64,000 bases of DNA from Paraphysomonas bandaiensis (Eukaryota > Protista > Chrysophyceae). Made by a program: the position numbers and the translations under genes. Numbering within the stretch: the first letter of the stretch is position 1; the number at the start of each line of letters is the position of its first letter. Of the stretch, positions 39,600-53,393 are shown in pieces. The notes under the pieces are model-generated. The model was not told the origin of the DNA. It did no database searches and saw only the letters and a program-made list of their open reading frames with translations. The stretch is taken from assembly GCA_965644295.1 (NCBI GenBank), contig CBFFRP010000354.1, positions 184,981 to 248,980 of the forward strand. Direction: 5' to 3'.

Positions 39600-39945
39600 C
39601 ATATACTGCTGTATATGTCTATGTGTATGATGGGTAAAATCAGATGAATTTTCTCTATCCACAAAACCAAAAATCCGCAATACCTTGCTTGCTGTTGTTG
39701 TACACCGTACAGCAGTAGTGTGAAGTACGAATCACACGGATACGCCACACAGGATACTGCTGTACCAGCATCAGACAAAAAAACCTGCACCATCTGTTTA
39801 GCACCAACAGGTTTTTATTTAAATCCGAAAATTTTATTTCCACAGCTATGAAACCGGATATAAATTCTTTTTTTTGTTGTCAGAGGAGTTCCAGAAGAAA
39901 AAATGGATCTCTGGTATTGTACAGGAGATCTACAGCAGTACTTTC
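39600..39945. promoter_or_regulatory. Bidirectional promoter (ArfGAP/PLAC8) with four TACTGCTGTA motifs
   Basis: Exact motif at 39604(+), 39708(-), 39755(+) and 39931(-) between divergent ATGs. Confidence 0.6.
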
Positions 39946-40036
39946 ACACACAGAGCAGTTGACCGCGACACGAATGATAAGTATATAGCCACTTCACATA
40001 TAAGTTAAGCGATTATACAATAACGGAATCTATAAA

Positions 40037-40812
40037 ATGGTTTGCTGTTTGATATGTTTCAGTCCTGAGCCTGTGGAGGGAGATGAAAGAAGTTTCAGGC
40101 CAAACAGCTTTCAAATTTCATTGATGGATGCGGTGTGTAAAGGCCAGGTAATCTCCTCTTATACTCATGTTGCGTACCTTAGCTGCGTTGTCATGTGTAG
40201 CCATGTTGCTGCATTAGTTGCTTTTGTCCTTGTTGTGCGGCATTTAAAGCGAGAAAGGACGCTCTAGACGGTGATATGAGCCGCTACATTTGCTGTCAAG
40301 GATATATCCCTGGATGTCTATGTTGCAAGGCAGGAAGCTGTGGTGAGTCGTCTTGTCCCGATTGTTGTCTCTGCCTAGAGGCGTTCCTATGCGTCGGACC
40401 GAGCATGTCGTCCTCTCGACTCTATATGATGGATAAATACCAGCTCGCAAACGATCCGTGTGACAACCGCCTCATTCGCCTCAATAACTGCTGTAAGTAA
40501 ATATATATGCTTTTCTGGCATGTAATCTCAATGTCGTAATATCAGTGCAAATTCTATCATGCATATGCGACATTCTGGCCATTTTCATCCAGGAGCTGAG
40601 AGAATTAGCCACCCTGCTTCGCTGCATCGCGGATACATTCTTCTATTCTCTTATGGGATGGTATTGAATAGTTTATATGTATAAATAATATCTCATCTTG
40701 TGATGTATCTAGTATGTCTGCCCAGATCAACTATGAAGTGGAATACCGAAAGTCCAAACAGGGGGGACATACACCTACACAAGCTATTCCAGTTGAACAA
40801 GCCAAACACTGA
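40037..40812 (+). CDS. PLAC8-family cysteine-rich membrane protein, 4 exons
   Basis: PCCCISCFCPCC, RYICCQGY, CLCLEAFLC, DPCDNRLI and CMSAQINYE. Confidence 0.8.
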
Positions 40813-41605
40813 ACCCACAATTGCCAAGGTAGTGGTATTGCTGTGTATTTGATCGTCAATTCAGTGTTCAGAAAGCCAGAAGTAATTTCGTCATTGATGA
40901 CTTTAAAAAATATTGGATATGGTTTATCGTAATAATTATGAAGATACGAACGTCTTGCCACACAGAAGCCACTAAATAAGGACAAGAACAGTGCCGTACG
41001 TAACAATGGTACTGCTGCAACAAACAAGCATTCCCATTGTATGAATGAAATATCGCTCGTTGGTATATAACAAAGGTAGTAAGATACGTAAAGTATAACG
41101 TACATTTCGAAGGACAAAGACTAGATCAGATATTTAACATAGCTGCAATTCAGTCAATAGTAAGTGTGTGAAACTGAGGTAGTTGGGCTGGCGTGAGCAC
41201 TAAAATTAAATGTCATAAGAGACTTGTTTTCGATATTCCACTTTCTGCTGAAGTACATGACAAAACACCGCTATCCATACACAAATACAAGAAATTGTAC
41301 TAAATTAAATTGTTGAGTTTAGCAGTTTGTGAGCAATAAAAAGTTGTATTGCTAAGGTGTTTGGTTTGAAGTGTGACTTGGAAAAAAGTTGTGTTTTACA
41401 GTATTACATAAACAAATGATGTAATATGAATGATGTAGTGAACTTAAAATATATTGACTGTATAATTAAGATCGTGTCTAGCTAAGATCTGATCATATTG
41501 ATTGGTAGTTGAGAGAATATAATTGTAGTGAATATTAATGAAATTTGAGAGGTGATGAAAATAATTTTAATAATTGAGTATTAAGTATTCAGTAAAATTA
41601 TAATC

Positions 41606-42555
41606 TTATCCCCATTATGTCTCAAAATCATTTTTTGACCTGATTTTGTCTCAACAGGGCGCTCATAGCTCAGCACCGGGCAAATATAGACATTCAACTT
41701 CAATATTCGGTCAACAGAAACTCACTTCTATCTTAATTATGATATTGACAGTCATTGTAGTACACAATTAGAGAGAAACCCACAATTATGAGCAAACTGT
41801 CCAAAGCAGGTCATATAATAGCACTCCAAGTTATATTCCATTCTTTTCGTCTGCTGTAGAAGATCATAATGATGTCAGTGCAAGCGATCTATCTTCATAA
41901 CCAGGACTTCGAAACAACTTCAAGAATGCTTCAGGAGAGTTTAAGTGTCACATCTGATGCTGTATAGGTGGCTAAGGGCAATTGTATCCAGTTCTTTCAG
42001 GGTTTGGGTCACATTGTGCTTATGAGGATATTGTGTACCTCATATCATACACACATCATTCAATCAGGTGCACTATGAGAGGAGGTTAAAAGCGCATTAT
42101 ATAATATTGTATATAGATGTGATGATCCTAATTAAGGCAATGCCTTTCGCGCGACTACAACTATTCACATTCATCATCACACTTGTGTACGAATTTCAAC
42201 ACCTCGCAGTTGCCATTCCCTCAGTATCCTTCTGTGATAGGAGTGCATTTGTTGTAGCTATATTATATATGTAAATTTGTGGGTTTATTGTTTGAGTTGA
42301 TCTACAGTATAGTGCAATTTCTATTCTCAAAGCATAGTATGCAGTATACACATTCAATATTATGTATTCTCATATCTGTTTTCTTTTAATGTTAATCCGG
42401 AAACACCTATTTCTTATTACAGAAAGCAAGCAACTAAAAAATTGCTCTACAATCTAATATTATTTAGTTTTCAACATCATGAGGATAAAAGCTACGATTT
42501 AACCTAGGGATAAGGAGTATCGAGCCTCCTTATTGCCCGTGGTTAAATATAACTA
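41606..42555 (+). repeat. Dispersed repeat R2, copy 3 (more diverged)
   Basis: Colinear with 34896-36150. Confidence 0.85.
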
Positions 42556-43140
42556 TAAGCCGTCCAATTATGTCTAAAGTTTATATATGGCAGCGGACTG
42601 GAAACAGGTTCCAAAGTTCGATCAATTAGGAGTTATTATTAACTGGACAAAGAAACTTAAGACTCAAGGCGACCAGTGAGACAGAGATACAGTCAGAGGG
42701 AGGGCGATCATATAATCAGGAGGGAGAGAATAAAAACTATTGGCTAATAAAGCAAAACGTTTTTAGGATGATGATAATAATAATATACATAATATTGAAT
42801 GTCTGATTGAATTTTGTTGCCGCAACCAACCTAACACCTCGCGCGACACTAAGCATATATATGACATGACTCTCATCTAGTTATACTATATTGCATGAAT
42901 CAACTACATGACGCTGAAAAGAAAAATGTCTTGTACGAAAACTTTTAGTATATTGCATAATTACTTCAAATTTTTTTGTGAAGCGCAATTAATTTATAGG
43001 GATATATATTGTGTCTGCATTTTATTACTTCATGACATCATCATTGTGTTGTCTGTGTATAATATATACACAGTAGTAGTTACGTTGTGTGAGATTTTCA
43101 TAAGAGTATTATTACAGTATATATTTTAGTATATGAAAAA

Positions 43141-43720
43141 AGTAAACAATATGCAAACGTGGGAAAAAAAATTTCCCACGTTTTTGACGTACATTCCTCG
43201 TTAAAGCTAGCTAGTTACTAGAGTGCTAATAAATAGTTCTCTGCATTTGTATTGATATATTACTGACTAATATTGCAAATTAATATTATTTTCAGTATAA
43301 AAATGGGTTCAACTAACCGTTTGATTGCTATGTACGTGAATGAGCTACAAACTAGTTCTAGCTAGTCATTGTATAAACATAACACCACATAATTATTGAA
43401 AAGAAGAGCAATAAACATACAATGCATATATTGAACGTAGTGAATACTCTAGCATAGGATTTGTGTGACGCGACGTGTATTGGTGTTTTATGATGGCTAT
43501 TAGTAGTAGTATTAGGGCATTCAACGTAGTTACTGGTTAAAGGAAACGTGCTGTTGGTGTGTCCTATAGGACCTAAATATTAATAAAAATAATTATTAAC
43601 ACTATACTATTGCATTCAAGCACTTTTAGAACCATTCTACAACAATTCTTAAAAGTCTAGTAAAATCTACTAGAATTTCCCAAATTTCTGAAAATTTCCC
43701 ACGTTTGCATATTGTTTACT
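43141..43720. mobile_element. MITE (~580 bp)
   Basis: Perfect 26-bp TIR AGTAAACAATATGCAAACGTGGGAAA / TTTCCCACGTTTGCATATTGTTTACT. Confidence 0.8.
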
Positions 43721-43964
43721 TAAAGTAAGTTATAAACAATACTTTAGTTTTAAAATAATATATTATACAATTGATAATATACACCAGCTAAATTATAATA
43801 TTTAATATAGACTTCAAATATTATGTACTTACATAAAAATATGAAACTTTTCCATATATATAAAACCTGGTTAAATCATAATATAACAATAAAAAGGAAT
43901 CGCCTTGCTGCGAAATGCAGTTGTGTTTCCAGTATTTCACCAGGTTTCACGATCACAGACACTT

Positions 43965-44128
43965 GAAGACGTCTACACAAGTGACACTATATATGTATCA
44001 CACAAGCATTCGGCTATAAGAGGGCAGAAAAATGTATGCCGCTCACGTTAGTTTCCCGAGAATTATTTCCGCTTATTCCCTATATAGAGAACATCACGAA
44101 AAGGTGCGCGTCCGACTTTGTTGAAGGG
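43965..44128 (-). mobile_element. R1 5' fragment
   Basis: GAAGACGTCTACACAAGTGACAC...CACGAAAAGGTGCGCGTCCGACTTTGTTGAAGGG. Confidence 0.8.
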
Positions 44129-44578
44129 ATGATATACGTAGAAAATCGAAAAGCTGTTTGGCTGGCACGGCAAACATGCTATTGGTTAATCAATAAAACT
44201 TCACCGAATAAGCCCTGTGCTGTATTATGATGAGAAAACGGTGAATGTTGCACATCTCTAATAAAAATAGAACTCTAATTAATTAGTATTAGAATTATAT
44301 GTCCACTCTCGTATCTATTATGGCGGTGGTTCAGTACCAGATTATTGCATCGATGGGGGTGCATGTGATATAATATTATATGTATATATATTGCATACGA
44401 TGGTGAGGTTGAGGTTTTAGAAGTCAATAGTGGCCCCCGCTGGCCCGAACAGTTTTATGGACTTATTTAGTTGGCGCTACTACAATTTCATTTTGTTGAC
44501 GATCAGATGAGTGGGGTCCACATCGACGCCGGCTTCGGGGGTACACCCAAACATATCTGCACAGCAAATGAGACACTC

Positions 44579-44715
44579 TAACTAACTACTAGTGCTTAAC
44601 TCTGATATTCTACTATTTGGCGGTACGAAAGTTGTTTGTGCGTCACCGCAAGCACCACCACACAGGTGCAACCACTTTTGCTTTCTGTCCACACAGCCCG
44701 GATGCTTGACTTCAG
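44579..44715 (-). mobile_element. R1 internal fragment identical to 8969-9105
   Basis: Base-for-base match by eye. Confidence 0.9.
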
Positions 44716-45839
44716 GGAGTGGTTAGTCTCTTAAAGTACCTCTTGTACCCTCTTGCCTGCGAGCAGTGCATCTAGTGTGTGTGAGGCTCCTAGTGTTGAG
44801 AGAGATACCCATCATGCTGATGCATCATGCTGTGAAAAGTGTATGTGACACCACACCTACTGAGTCTAGGTAGGGAGACCATTTTGTAAAACATGGGTGA
44901 TGTGCCTGCAACTGAGCCTATAGTAGTAGTGAGGCCAGTGACAAAAACGTCAAATCATCCAAAAGGTGTTGACTAGTGTTTCTACTCTGAGGAAATTGTT
45001 GTTAACATCATGATGTATGTATGTGTACTGACGAATGTGTCGAACTACAGAGAAATCGAGACATATGAAGAGTCCATTATAATTTCGCTGATTCTCCTGA
45101 GTAGAAAAAAGCAAGGCGCTTCGAAGCCTACCTTGGCTATAAAAATGCAATTTAATGACTACTTATTTACAACAATAATATATATGTTAGGGGTGATTGT
45201 ATCCTGTGTGTGGTGTTAATCTCTGTGTCGTTTCATTTATTAAAAAGAGGTCTAGAGGTAAAAATCAGAAAAGTTCTTAGATTGTTATCAAAACAATACT
45301 TACAGATGAGGTAGAAAATCATGAGAGCTTTAACTAGCTAAAAAATCGGAGTCATACATCCACCAGTTTGTCCTATTTGGATTTGGTAGTTGCGTATTCG
45401 TCGGTTTTGTGTCGCGATATGAAGATTTTATCTACAGCTTTGAAATGATAGGGAGTATTGAGTTTTTCTGTTTCTTGTAGGCAATAAAAAGCTGTATTTC
45501 TAATGTATTTGAAGTATGGCCGCTACTTCTTGAATAATACAGCAGTGGTTCACAGTATTACATAAACTAGTGCTAATATGATAGGTGTAAAAGCAGCGAA
45601 AATAAAATATATTTAATATTTTTCTTCTTGCTACTAGGAACACGTTTAAAGTGATATAAATAGATCAATACTCCAATATAGCCAAAATATATACAATAAT
45701 AGAGCGGTGATTGCTAGTTTAATGCCTCAAATTTACTTAATAATCAATTAGAATATTATGATCAACATGATGTAGCATCATTCACTGATATAATTATATT
45801 CAATCAATATTATGGATATTAGATTATACCTGGATATCA

Positions 45840-45990
45840 TACATAGATTGATCTAATGTGCCTAAATCCTTAGTTCTGGTAACTCGAACGTTCAAGAAGT
45901 GTTCCAAGTGTCCTATATCTGATCCATCCAATCTTTCGCAGAATCGTGTTCTCAATGTCTGTCAGTATGTTAAGGACCAGCTGACGTCAA
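45840..45990 (-). mobile_element. Copia RT relic
   Basis: Translates as LRTRFCERLDGSDIGHLEHFLNVRVTRTKDLGTLDQS. Confidence 0.6.
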
Positions 45991-46318
45991 TCCAATCAGA
46001 CCTCACATAACTGTAGTAACCAGCACACAGAAGTCCAGCTACTATCATAACATTATCACTGTAGGCTATTATAGTTGTGTATTCCCAAATATTTTGAATA
46101 GAAGCAGATTTCGTCAAATAAGATATATATGTTACAAATTCTTAATTAGTACCATATTAACTAATAACACACAATCATTACAGTGATTCTCAGAGGGTGA
46201 CATTTATATTCTTCAAAATCACACATGCATCACAGAAGTGATGTACTAAAGAGAAAAATTCTCACTATAACCTATCATTGAAGTATTAATCTCTATCAAG
46301 ATGTATATATCCCACGTC

Positions 46319-47447
46319 TTACCGGAGGGAGAGATCCTCTTCTTCATCTGGCATGGGTAACGGGGCAGTGGATATGGCATGAGAACTGGGCGCAAGTGCG
46401 GCAGCCACGGCTGCTTCTACTGAACCTTGACTTTCGGATGGAACAACTACGGGATCAGCACTTATGGACAGTGGTCCAGACGACCCAACACTAGTCGAAG
46501 GTGAGGAAAATGAATTCGTTGCAGCCTTCATTTGATTGCTATTCTCAGCTGAGCGACTTGTTTGCTTTGGTGACACATCCGATGGCGATTTCGAAAATAT
46601 TGGAGAATGTTTCGTAGTAGCAGTATTTGTAGAAGATTTAGATGAAAAATAGGAACTACTTGGGGATGAAGAATAACTCTGCACATGATATAGGTTACGC
46701 ACAGAACATACACATTAGGTAATATACCACAGGCCCTCCACCACCGCCCCTGTACTCAGAGTGTTGTGAAAGCGATACATCAGAGTGAATACTAATGTCA
46801 GGATCCAATCGAATAGTAGACGTATCTTTGTTTCCCAGGATAGAGTTTCTGTAGAATGCGTGAAACCTCATACACGTGAACACAGTTTTACACACTAACC
46901 TATATATGTAAGTGAGTCCAAGTACAAATATAGCTCCCCATAGTGTCGCAGTAATAACCATCATATCAGCTAGAGTGACACTTGCACCGAAGAGAATATA
47001 GCTGTGATATATTATGAATAACAAGAGTGGCGAGTAGAGTGCTTACTCCATCATCAATGATCCCGGCTGTAGAGTGGGCGTAGGGGTTGGGTGTGAGGAT
47101 CCAATGTGATTTGGTAGAGATGGAAAGGGGGTAGGTTTCTTCGTTGGATACGTGGTTGGGGAATATGATGGGTAATAGGTTGGCGCTGTTGCAGGGTTCA
47201 CACTTGGGGATGGAGTTGGCCGATATGTAGGACGTTTCGATGGCTTATGGGAAGGTGCACTAGTAGGCAGGGAAGTTGTTGGTTTTGGTGACACTGTTGG
47301 TGGTGGAGTATTTCTCGGGTGTTCCATCCATGGAGTTGGGTAAGGTGATGGAAACTCTGCCAGTTCCCACTCTTCCAAATCTAGATTAGCATTTCCTTCG
47401 GCGGAAATACGAAGTAAATACAGTGCTAAGAAGGGTATGATATACAT
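46319..47447 (-). CDS. Single-pass surface protein: signal peptide, Pro/Thr/Ser (PTxxP) stalk, TM helix, Ser-rich tail
   Basis: MYIIPFLALYLLRISAEG; SAPSHKPSKRPTYRPT; VITATLWGAIFVLGLTYIYR. The 3' end is uncertain. Confidence 0.75.
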
Positions 47448-47949
47448 GCAGTGTGAGGCCTATGAAGTCAAATAGAGATATCCACAAATGAGCTGGTAGT
47501 CGACCTTCGCATGTAAATCTCACTGGGTTGAGATGTGTAAAAAGTATGATTAACAACAAGCAAACAGGCCCTGTGTAGTCTTCATATAATGTACATATAC
47601 AATGGTATACTGCTGTGTATGAGAATGATACACTCTCATATTCATGTGATCTGAAAAATTGATACGACTGCTGTATATGTGGTAGTCGTGAGGACTTCCA
47701 AAAATGCAACATCCGGAACAAAACAAAAAAATCCGGTGCGGATGTTGCATTTTTGGAAGTCCTCCACTGTAGGAATTCGATCCTGTCTGTTTTAATTTTT
47801 GGTTGCTTCAACAACCTCCATCCCACAATATTCATCATCTTCCTGTAAAACACCATAGACTTGTACAAGAACTTCACGATATATGTATAGGACACAGTAA
47901 TGATTAGCCACGATGATGTTATTTGATCTGATTTTGATATAGAATTTAT

Positions 47950-48530
47950 GATGCATCGGCCATAAGCGTCTACTATGAGACCCATTATCATTCAACAGGG
48001 TAAGGATTGGGAGGCGATGAGGGGACATCACATTGATGGGTATGGCTCACATTTCGATCTAGACTTTATCCGATCATAACGTGTACTTTAATTTCCACTG
48101 TGTGAACAACTCGGTAAATGTCGCCTCCATCGACAACTGGTCCAATGCCAAGCCTAGCGCTGCCCAACAGAGGTGCTGTGTCTGGTAGAAGTACAGAAAC
48201 CCCATGGAGCCGATGGTAGTTAATTACTTCAACAAATTAATCAGTTTGGCATGGAATGAGTTTACTTCTGACCCCACCTTACCTGGTTGCATCAGCAAGC
48301 CCCTGTCAATGTACCTTGGTGAGTGAGGTGACCGAGGTCCATAGAGACAAGGTGGCTTCTATTAGCAATATATATGGTGTGTATAGAGTGAATGAGAGGA
48401 AAATGGACCCAGACCTGCCATTGTCATGGAGTCTAGCTAGGAGGACCCAGATAGGAATCGGAGTCGTTACCAGGAGACCAAGCCCGAGGATGTAAACTGT
48501 TGTCAAATTACTCCTGGTTGCACGAGATAA
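47950..48530 (-). pseudogene. Possible decayed F5/8 type C (discoidin) domain gene
   Basis: Broken frames give RAWSPGNDSD, MDLGHLT, QGLADAT, VDGG and GLIVDAYG in discoidin motif order, with many stops. Confidence 0.3.
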
Positions 48531-49722
48531 TCCAAATCTGATTCTAAGTAAATTTTAATGAGTGTTACAATTGAAATATGTAATACTAGTTATAATTTTT
48601 ACGGAACATTCAACAGAGCAAGAACATTTTATAGTTATTTTTTATTTTAGTTAGTCGACGATTACGTACTCCCATGCTACTCTATATCTAAAACATATAT
48701 TTAGAATCATGTAGCATCTCTATCATACACGCTGCTACTGAACTCCCGTAGTATCTCCGAAGGTGTGCACATTGCACCAAGAGGCAACATACAAACCCGG
48801 GGGTTCAGCAACTGAAAGTGGAGGTGCACCAAGTGGTGACGGCGGAAACGCCAGTGGAGTTGGCCATCTCCACAGTTCCAAAACTATTTAGCCAAGGATG
48901 GTGTACTGGGCCAACACGGATCCCTCCACATTTCACTGTGTGTACACCCCGCGCATTGAACTTCACCGTCTACATGGGCGGTTTCGTGTACTTTATTCTG
49001 GACCCTGTAAAACAGTGAAGTATCAATCCGGACATCACCTTGAGCCCGCGACAGTTCCACAGCATTAGAGCAATCGTCTGGCAAATCAAAACGAATGCTT
49101 ATTTCAGAAATGTGACGCACAATGACACAGAGGAGTGTCATATACTCAAAGGAGAGTCAATATGAACTATAGTAGAGTGAATATTTACAGGTCAGATGAG
49201 GTCCTTCTCAGGTGTGTCATGCAGGTGTATTCAAATCGACTCTGTCTTCCATATTCCAGTTTCATTGAAGTCGCTGTGATTTGAGACATCTAAGAAGAGA
49301 AATCGGCCATTTCGAAGAAAAAAAACTGATATGAGGTCAATAGCCTTTTGAGATGTTCACTTTGGGTATGAATATCGAAAGATCCAGATTATGCCTAGGA
49401 ATTCCCACGAGTGTTGATCAATGCCAGCCAAATCTAGAACTTGAAATGCTGTACAAGATTTGAAGACCTTCAACCTGCCTGCCCACAACATGCTTAAGTC
49501 CATACTTAAATCACTGTATACCGGTATACGTGTTTCTTCATACAGTATCTGTATACGTGTTCTATTCCTACGAAGTGCGTGATTATCATGCATATCTGTA
49601 GCTATAGTATATCGTGTCTCCACTGGCCCCAAAAGCAGCCAACTCAATGAGTCCACCAGTGCACTGTAACAATCATAATACTGTCCATAAAGGAGTAGAT
49701 TGTTATTTACTATCTGTATATC

Positions 49723-51550
49723 ATGTCTCCCCCACTGGCCCCAAAAGCAGCGGGGTGTTTAGTCACTGTGGATGATATTCCCAGAGTGTTTGCAACCCTA
49801 TCTGCATATGGCGCCCAGCTTGGGACAGGGTCTTGTTCGGCTATGGTTGGGATGGCACTGCCGTACTTGGCACTTCAACTTAATGTTTCAGTGGCCTCGC
49901 TTGGACCGATGTTCGCTTTTTGTGGTGCCGGTTATTTTTGTGGAATATATCTATCTGCGCGAGCTATAGATAAAGATTACCTTGTCTTCTCCAAGATTGT
50001 GGCATCATGCATATGTATCTGTCTATCAGCAATCGCATCATTTAGTATTATTTATTCTAGAAATATCTATACGCTGGGAATGTCATTCTTTGCGCAATAC
50101 ATGGGATTTGGGGGTGTCGATAATTTCTCGACCATTGCTATCGCTGAAATGTGGGGACAACGCGTTCAGCCTTGGATGCAAGCTAAATCTGCCGTTTATT
50201 CCACTGCAGGAATCCTTCCAGCCCTTTTATTCAGTTCTTATGGCATGAACAAAACTTACATACTGTGTATATGTCTCTGCTGCACCTCTCTTATTGGTAT
50301 TGCCCTTGATTGGATGTACACGTTGAGCCTAGCGGGTGACATTGAACAAACTGATAGAGCCTCTGGGTGCAGTGTATCTGAAAGCAGTAGTATCCTGCAT
50401 TCAATGGACGAAAGAATGGAACGGCGTTATTCTCGTCCCAGGACCGGTAGCGCTGGAAGTTCTCTCCTTATTGCTGTTGACGACGAGGTGCTTGCATCCG
50501 AATTGCTCACACTAGAACACACTTTGGATCACTTAAGTGAGAAAGAGTCCCTCCTTTCCGTTGATACGAGCACAGATCTTGTAACAAATATTCTCGATGC
50601 TACAGCGTATTGCAATGTGTCATCTGAGCAGCGTCAAGATCCAAATTTTGAACCAGAGATCAACAAAACTCTTTCTTTTGCGACTTCCCGAATCGCCCAA
50701 AAGGTGGAGAGCTTTGCAGAGGTGCTTCCTGACCCAACACTACCTGCTATTATTCATGTTACACTTGTACCCACGTCGGTATGCATATTGTTAGCTTCAA
50801 TGACTTTCGTCTATCTCGGGTTGGCTTCTGCTTACGCGGGATGGATTCCCTCATATGTTCTCATAAGTGGAATGAGCTCTGACCCCTCAGATATAGCTCA
50901 TGTGTCATCTCTCTACTACATGTGTGGCGCGGTAGGGTGCATTTTATCGGTTCCTCTTTCCGTGTGGTTCTCAACAACTAGCATGATGCGTTTCCACCTC
51001 GCCATCATTGGAGCCTCAATAATCACGCTTTTGTTTATGCAGTCAATCACTTTGGTCGCATTGGACGTGGCTTCTGCGCTTATGGGGTACGGTCTGAGCG
51101 CTATCATTCCACTCACTCTCACAGTAGTCAACGATTATGGGCTCACTATGTAAGTTTACGTTGAGTAGAACGACCTCTGACATAACGTTCTACTTCTATA
51201 GGGACCCTGGTACAACAGGGGTAGCTATAATGGGGGCCGCAGCGGGGGCTGCAATCATGCCCACTTTAGTTGGTTGCATATTGTCCTCTCAAGGAGCAGA
51301 AGCCGTCATTATGTGCTGCACTATAATGGGTATCACTCTGATTGCGATATACGTGTGCATGCATGTTGTACTGCTACGACATACGGCAGAGAACCACGCT
51401 TCCCGGTCTTATACCGTTGATGGGGAGCAAAACCTCAATTCATATCAGCGGGCACAGACAATGCTTGCAGAGGGAGATGCACTTTGTAATCGTGGAAATG
51501 GAACAGATGTACATACATATCAGACTATTTCAGCTCGAGAAAGGGTTTAA
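49723..51550 (+). CDS. MFS transporter (MFSD4/FucP-like), 2 exons
   Basis: Two hydrophobic helix bundles with a large central loop; WGQRVQPWMQA, GWIPSY and GAAIMPTLVG. Confidence 0.8.
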
Positions 51551-52039
51551 ATAGTTTTTCCCGCGGGCTTATAATTTGTTCCGTGTCAATGGGAATTTTG
51601 ACACCTTAGACGTTATTTCTTTGTGCTAGTGTGTGTCATAAGTCTTCGAGTATATGTCATATATGGAGTTGATTGTGATGCTTTTTGGATACTATGTATT
51701 GGAAGTACGATTTCATGACCATATTATTTGCTGACCTATTGCTCTACATCTTATAATTTGTCAGCGGGATGAAACGGAGTACAAATAAGTGATATGTATC
51801 ATTAGTATTAGGTTTCATCTTAATATAAGGTAGTGTATGTGAATTATATTGTTCTATGAAATATATGTGAGGGAGAAGCTCTCTACGGACGCAGCAAATG
51901 TAATAACGTCATAATCAACTCCCATATTATCATGTTACTCATTTTCCATGAACCCACATAGTAATGATACGTGTGTATTTAATATCTAAGATCTGATAAC
52001 ATTGATAGTTGGAGAAAATATAATTGTAATGAATATCGA

Positions 52040-53278
52040 CCCTCAACTAAGTCGGCCTTTTCGTGGTGTTCTGGGGGGTTTATGAAAATCTGATTAGCAT
52101 TATAGGCGTCGATAATCCGCACCAGTTTAGTAGCTAGTAGGTGAAAACTAGTCAAGCTAGGTAGACGTCCACCTATGACTAACTAGTAGTAACTACGAAA
52201 GCTGCGCTCTTGTGTGTCACCGCAAGCACCAAGGTGCGACCAATTCCGTTCTTGTATATGTGAGGGAGAAAATCTCTATAAAAGTGAGTCCTTAAAGTGC
52301 AGATAGGGTTAGTCAGGGAGGCGTCCCTTGGGGTAGGGCTCTGTAGGGCTTTGGGAAGGCACAAGATTCTGAATTAGTGAGGCGAGTGTTTCCAGCCTGA
52401 GATACTTGAGTGAGGTAGTGGATTATTGGGGCTTCGGCTGGTTGGGGATGGCGCGAGCCGCGAGTTGGGCGTGGGGCAAAGGAAACGCTCTGGGATTTTT
52501 ACTTGTTCAGAGGTTGTGGGAGAGGCATGCACGTGGGGTGGGAGACGTGGTGCAGGTCGTCTCGATACACCCAGTAAGCGAAGAACCCGCAGTTTCCGTC
52601 GTGTGTTGCCTCCATCGCATGGTGCTACGTTTCTGACGTGTTATGGGGGGTGTCTATGTGGCCCTTTGGGTGTGATAATGTAGCGGTGACTGCGGTCTTG
52701 AATCGTGTATTCGGCGGCAGCATAAAGCGGCTGGTGCGGAAGATATATACAACTGCTATATTTCTAGAGTTCGAAGTCCTCGCGAGTTTAAACCACATTC
52801 GTATTGTGCTCGAAACACATTTTCCAGCTGGGTGCTATTCTAGTAAGCCGTATATGTATACATATAGTCAGCAGATAATATTGTTCTGCCCACATTCATA
52901 GCCAAATCCTTGTGTACTACAAGAGGGGCATTCATTTGTGTCATTTGTATAGACCTCTTTAGGCCTTGACAAATAAACTGACATCCGGGAATAAGCCCAC
53001 CTCAAGGGCATCTGGGGTATTGAGCTGCCTGCTGAAGTCAAGCATCCGGGCAATTCATCTTAAAGACTCAAAATCCTGAAGTCAGTAGATATGTCAGGTA
53101 TATATCAATATTTTGCTTACTTTCAGTGATAGAGCGAAAGCGGTTGCACCTTGGTGCTTGCGGTGACGCACAAGCAGCTTTCGCAGCGTTATATACTATA
53201 TAGTAGGATATCAGAGTTAAGCACTGACTCTTAAACGCTTATAGCTACTTTCTTATAAGACATTCACTATTACTACTC
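52040..53278. mobile_element. R1 copy (+; 52040-52078 and 52860-53278) interrupted by an opposite-strand long R1-related element (52085-52850)
   Basis: R1 5' end CCCTCAAC; 3' end ATTCAC plus TATTACTAC tail; candidate TSD GTAATGAATATCG (52026) / GTAGTGAATATTG (53279). Confidence 0.8.
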
Positions 53279-53393
53279 GTAGTGAATATTGTCAATGAAT
53301 TATGACATACATTATATGACACATGTTGATTTTTCTGATACTTAAGTTATTTCACCATCCAAATTGGACAAGTATATAGGGAAATATTATATA

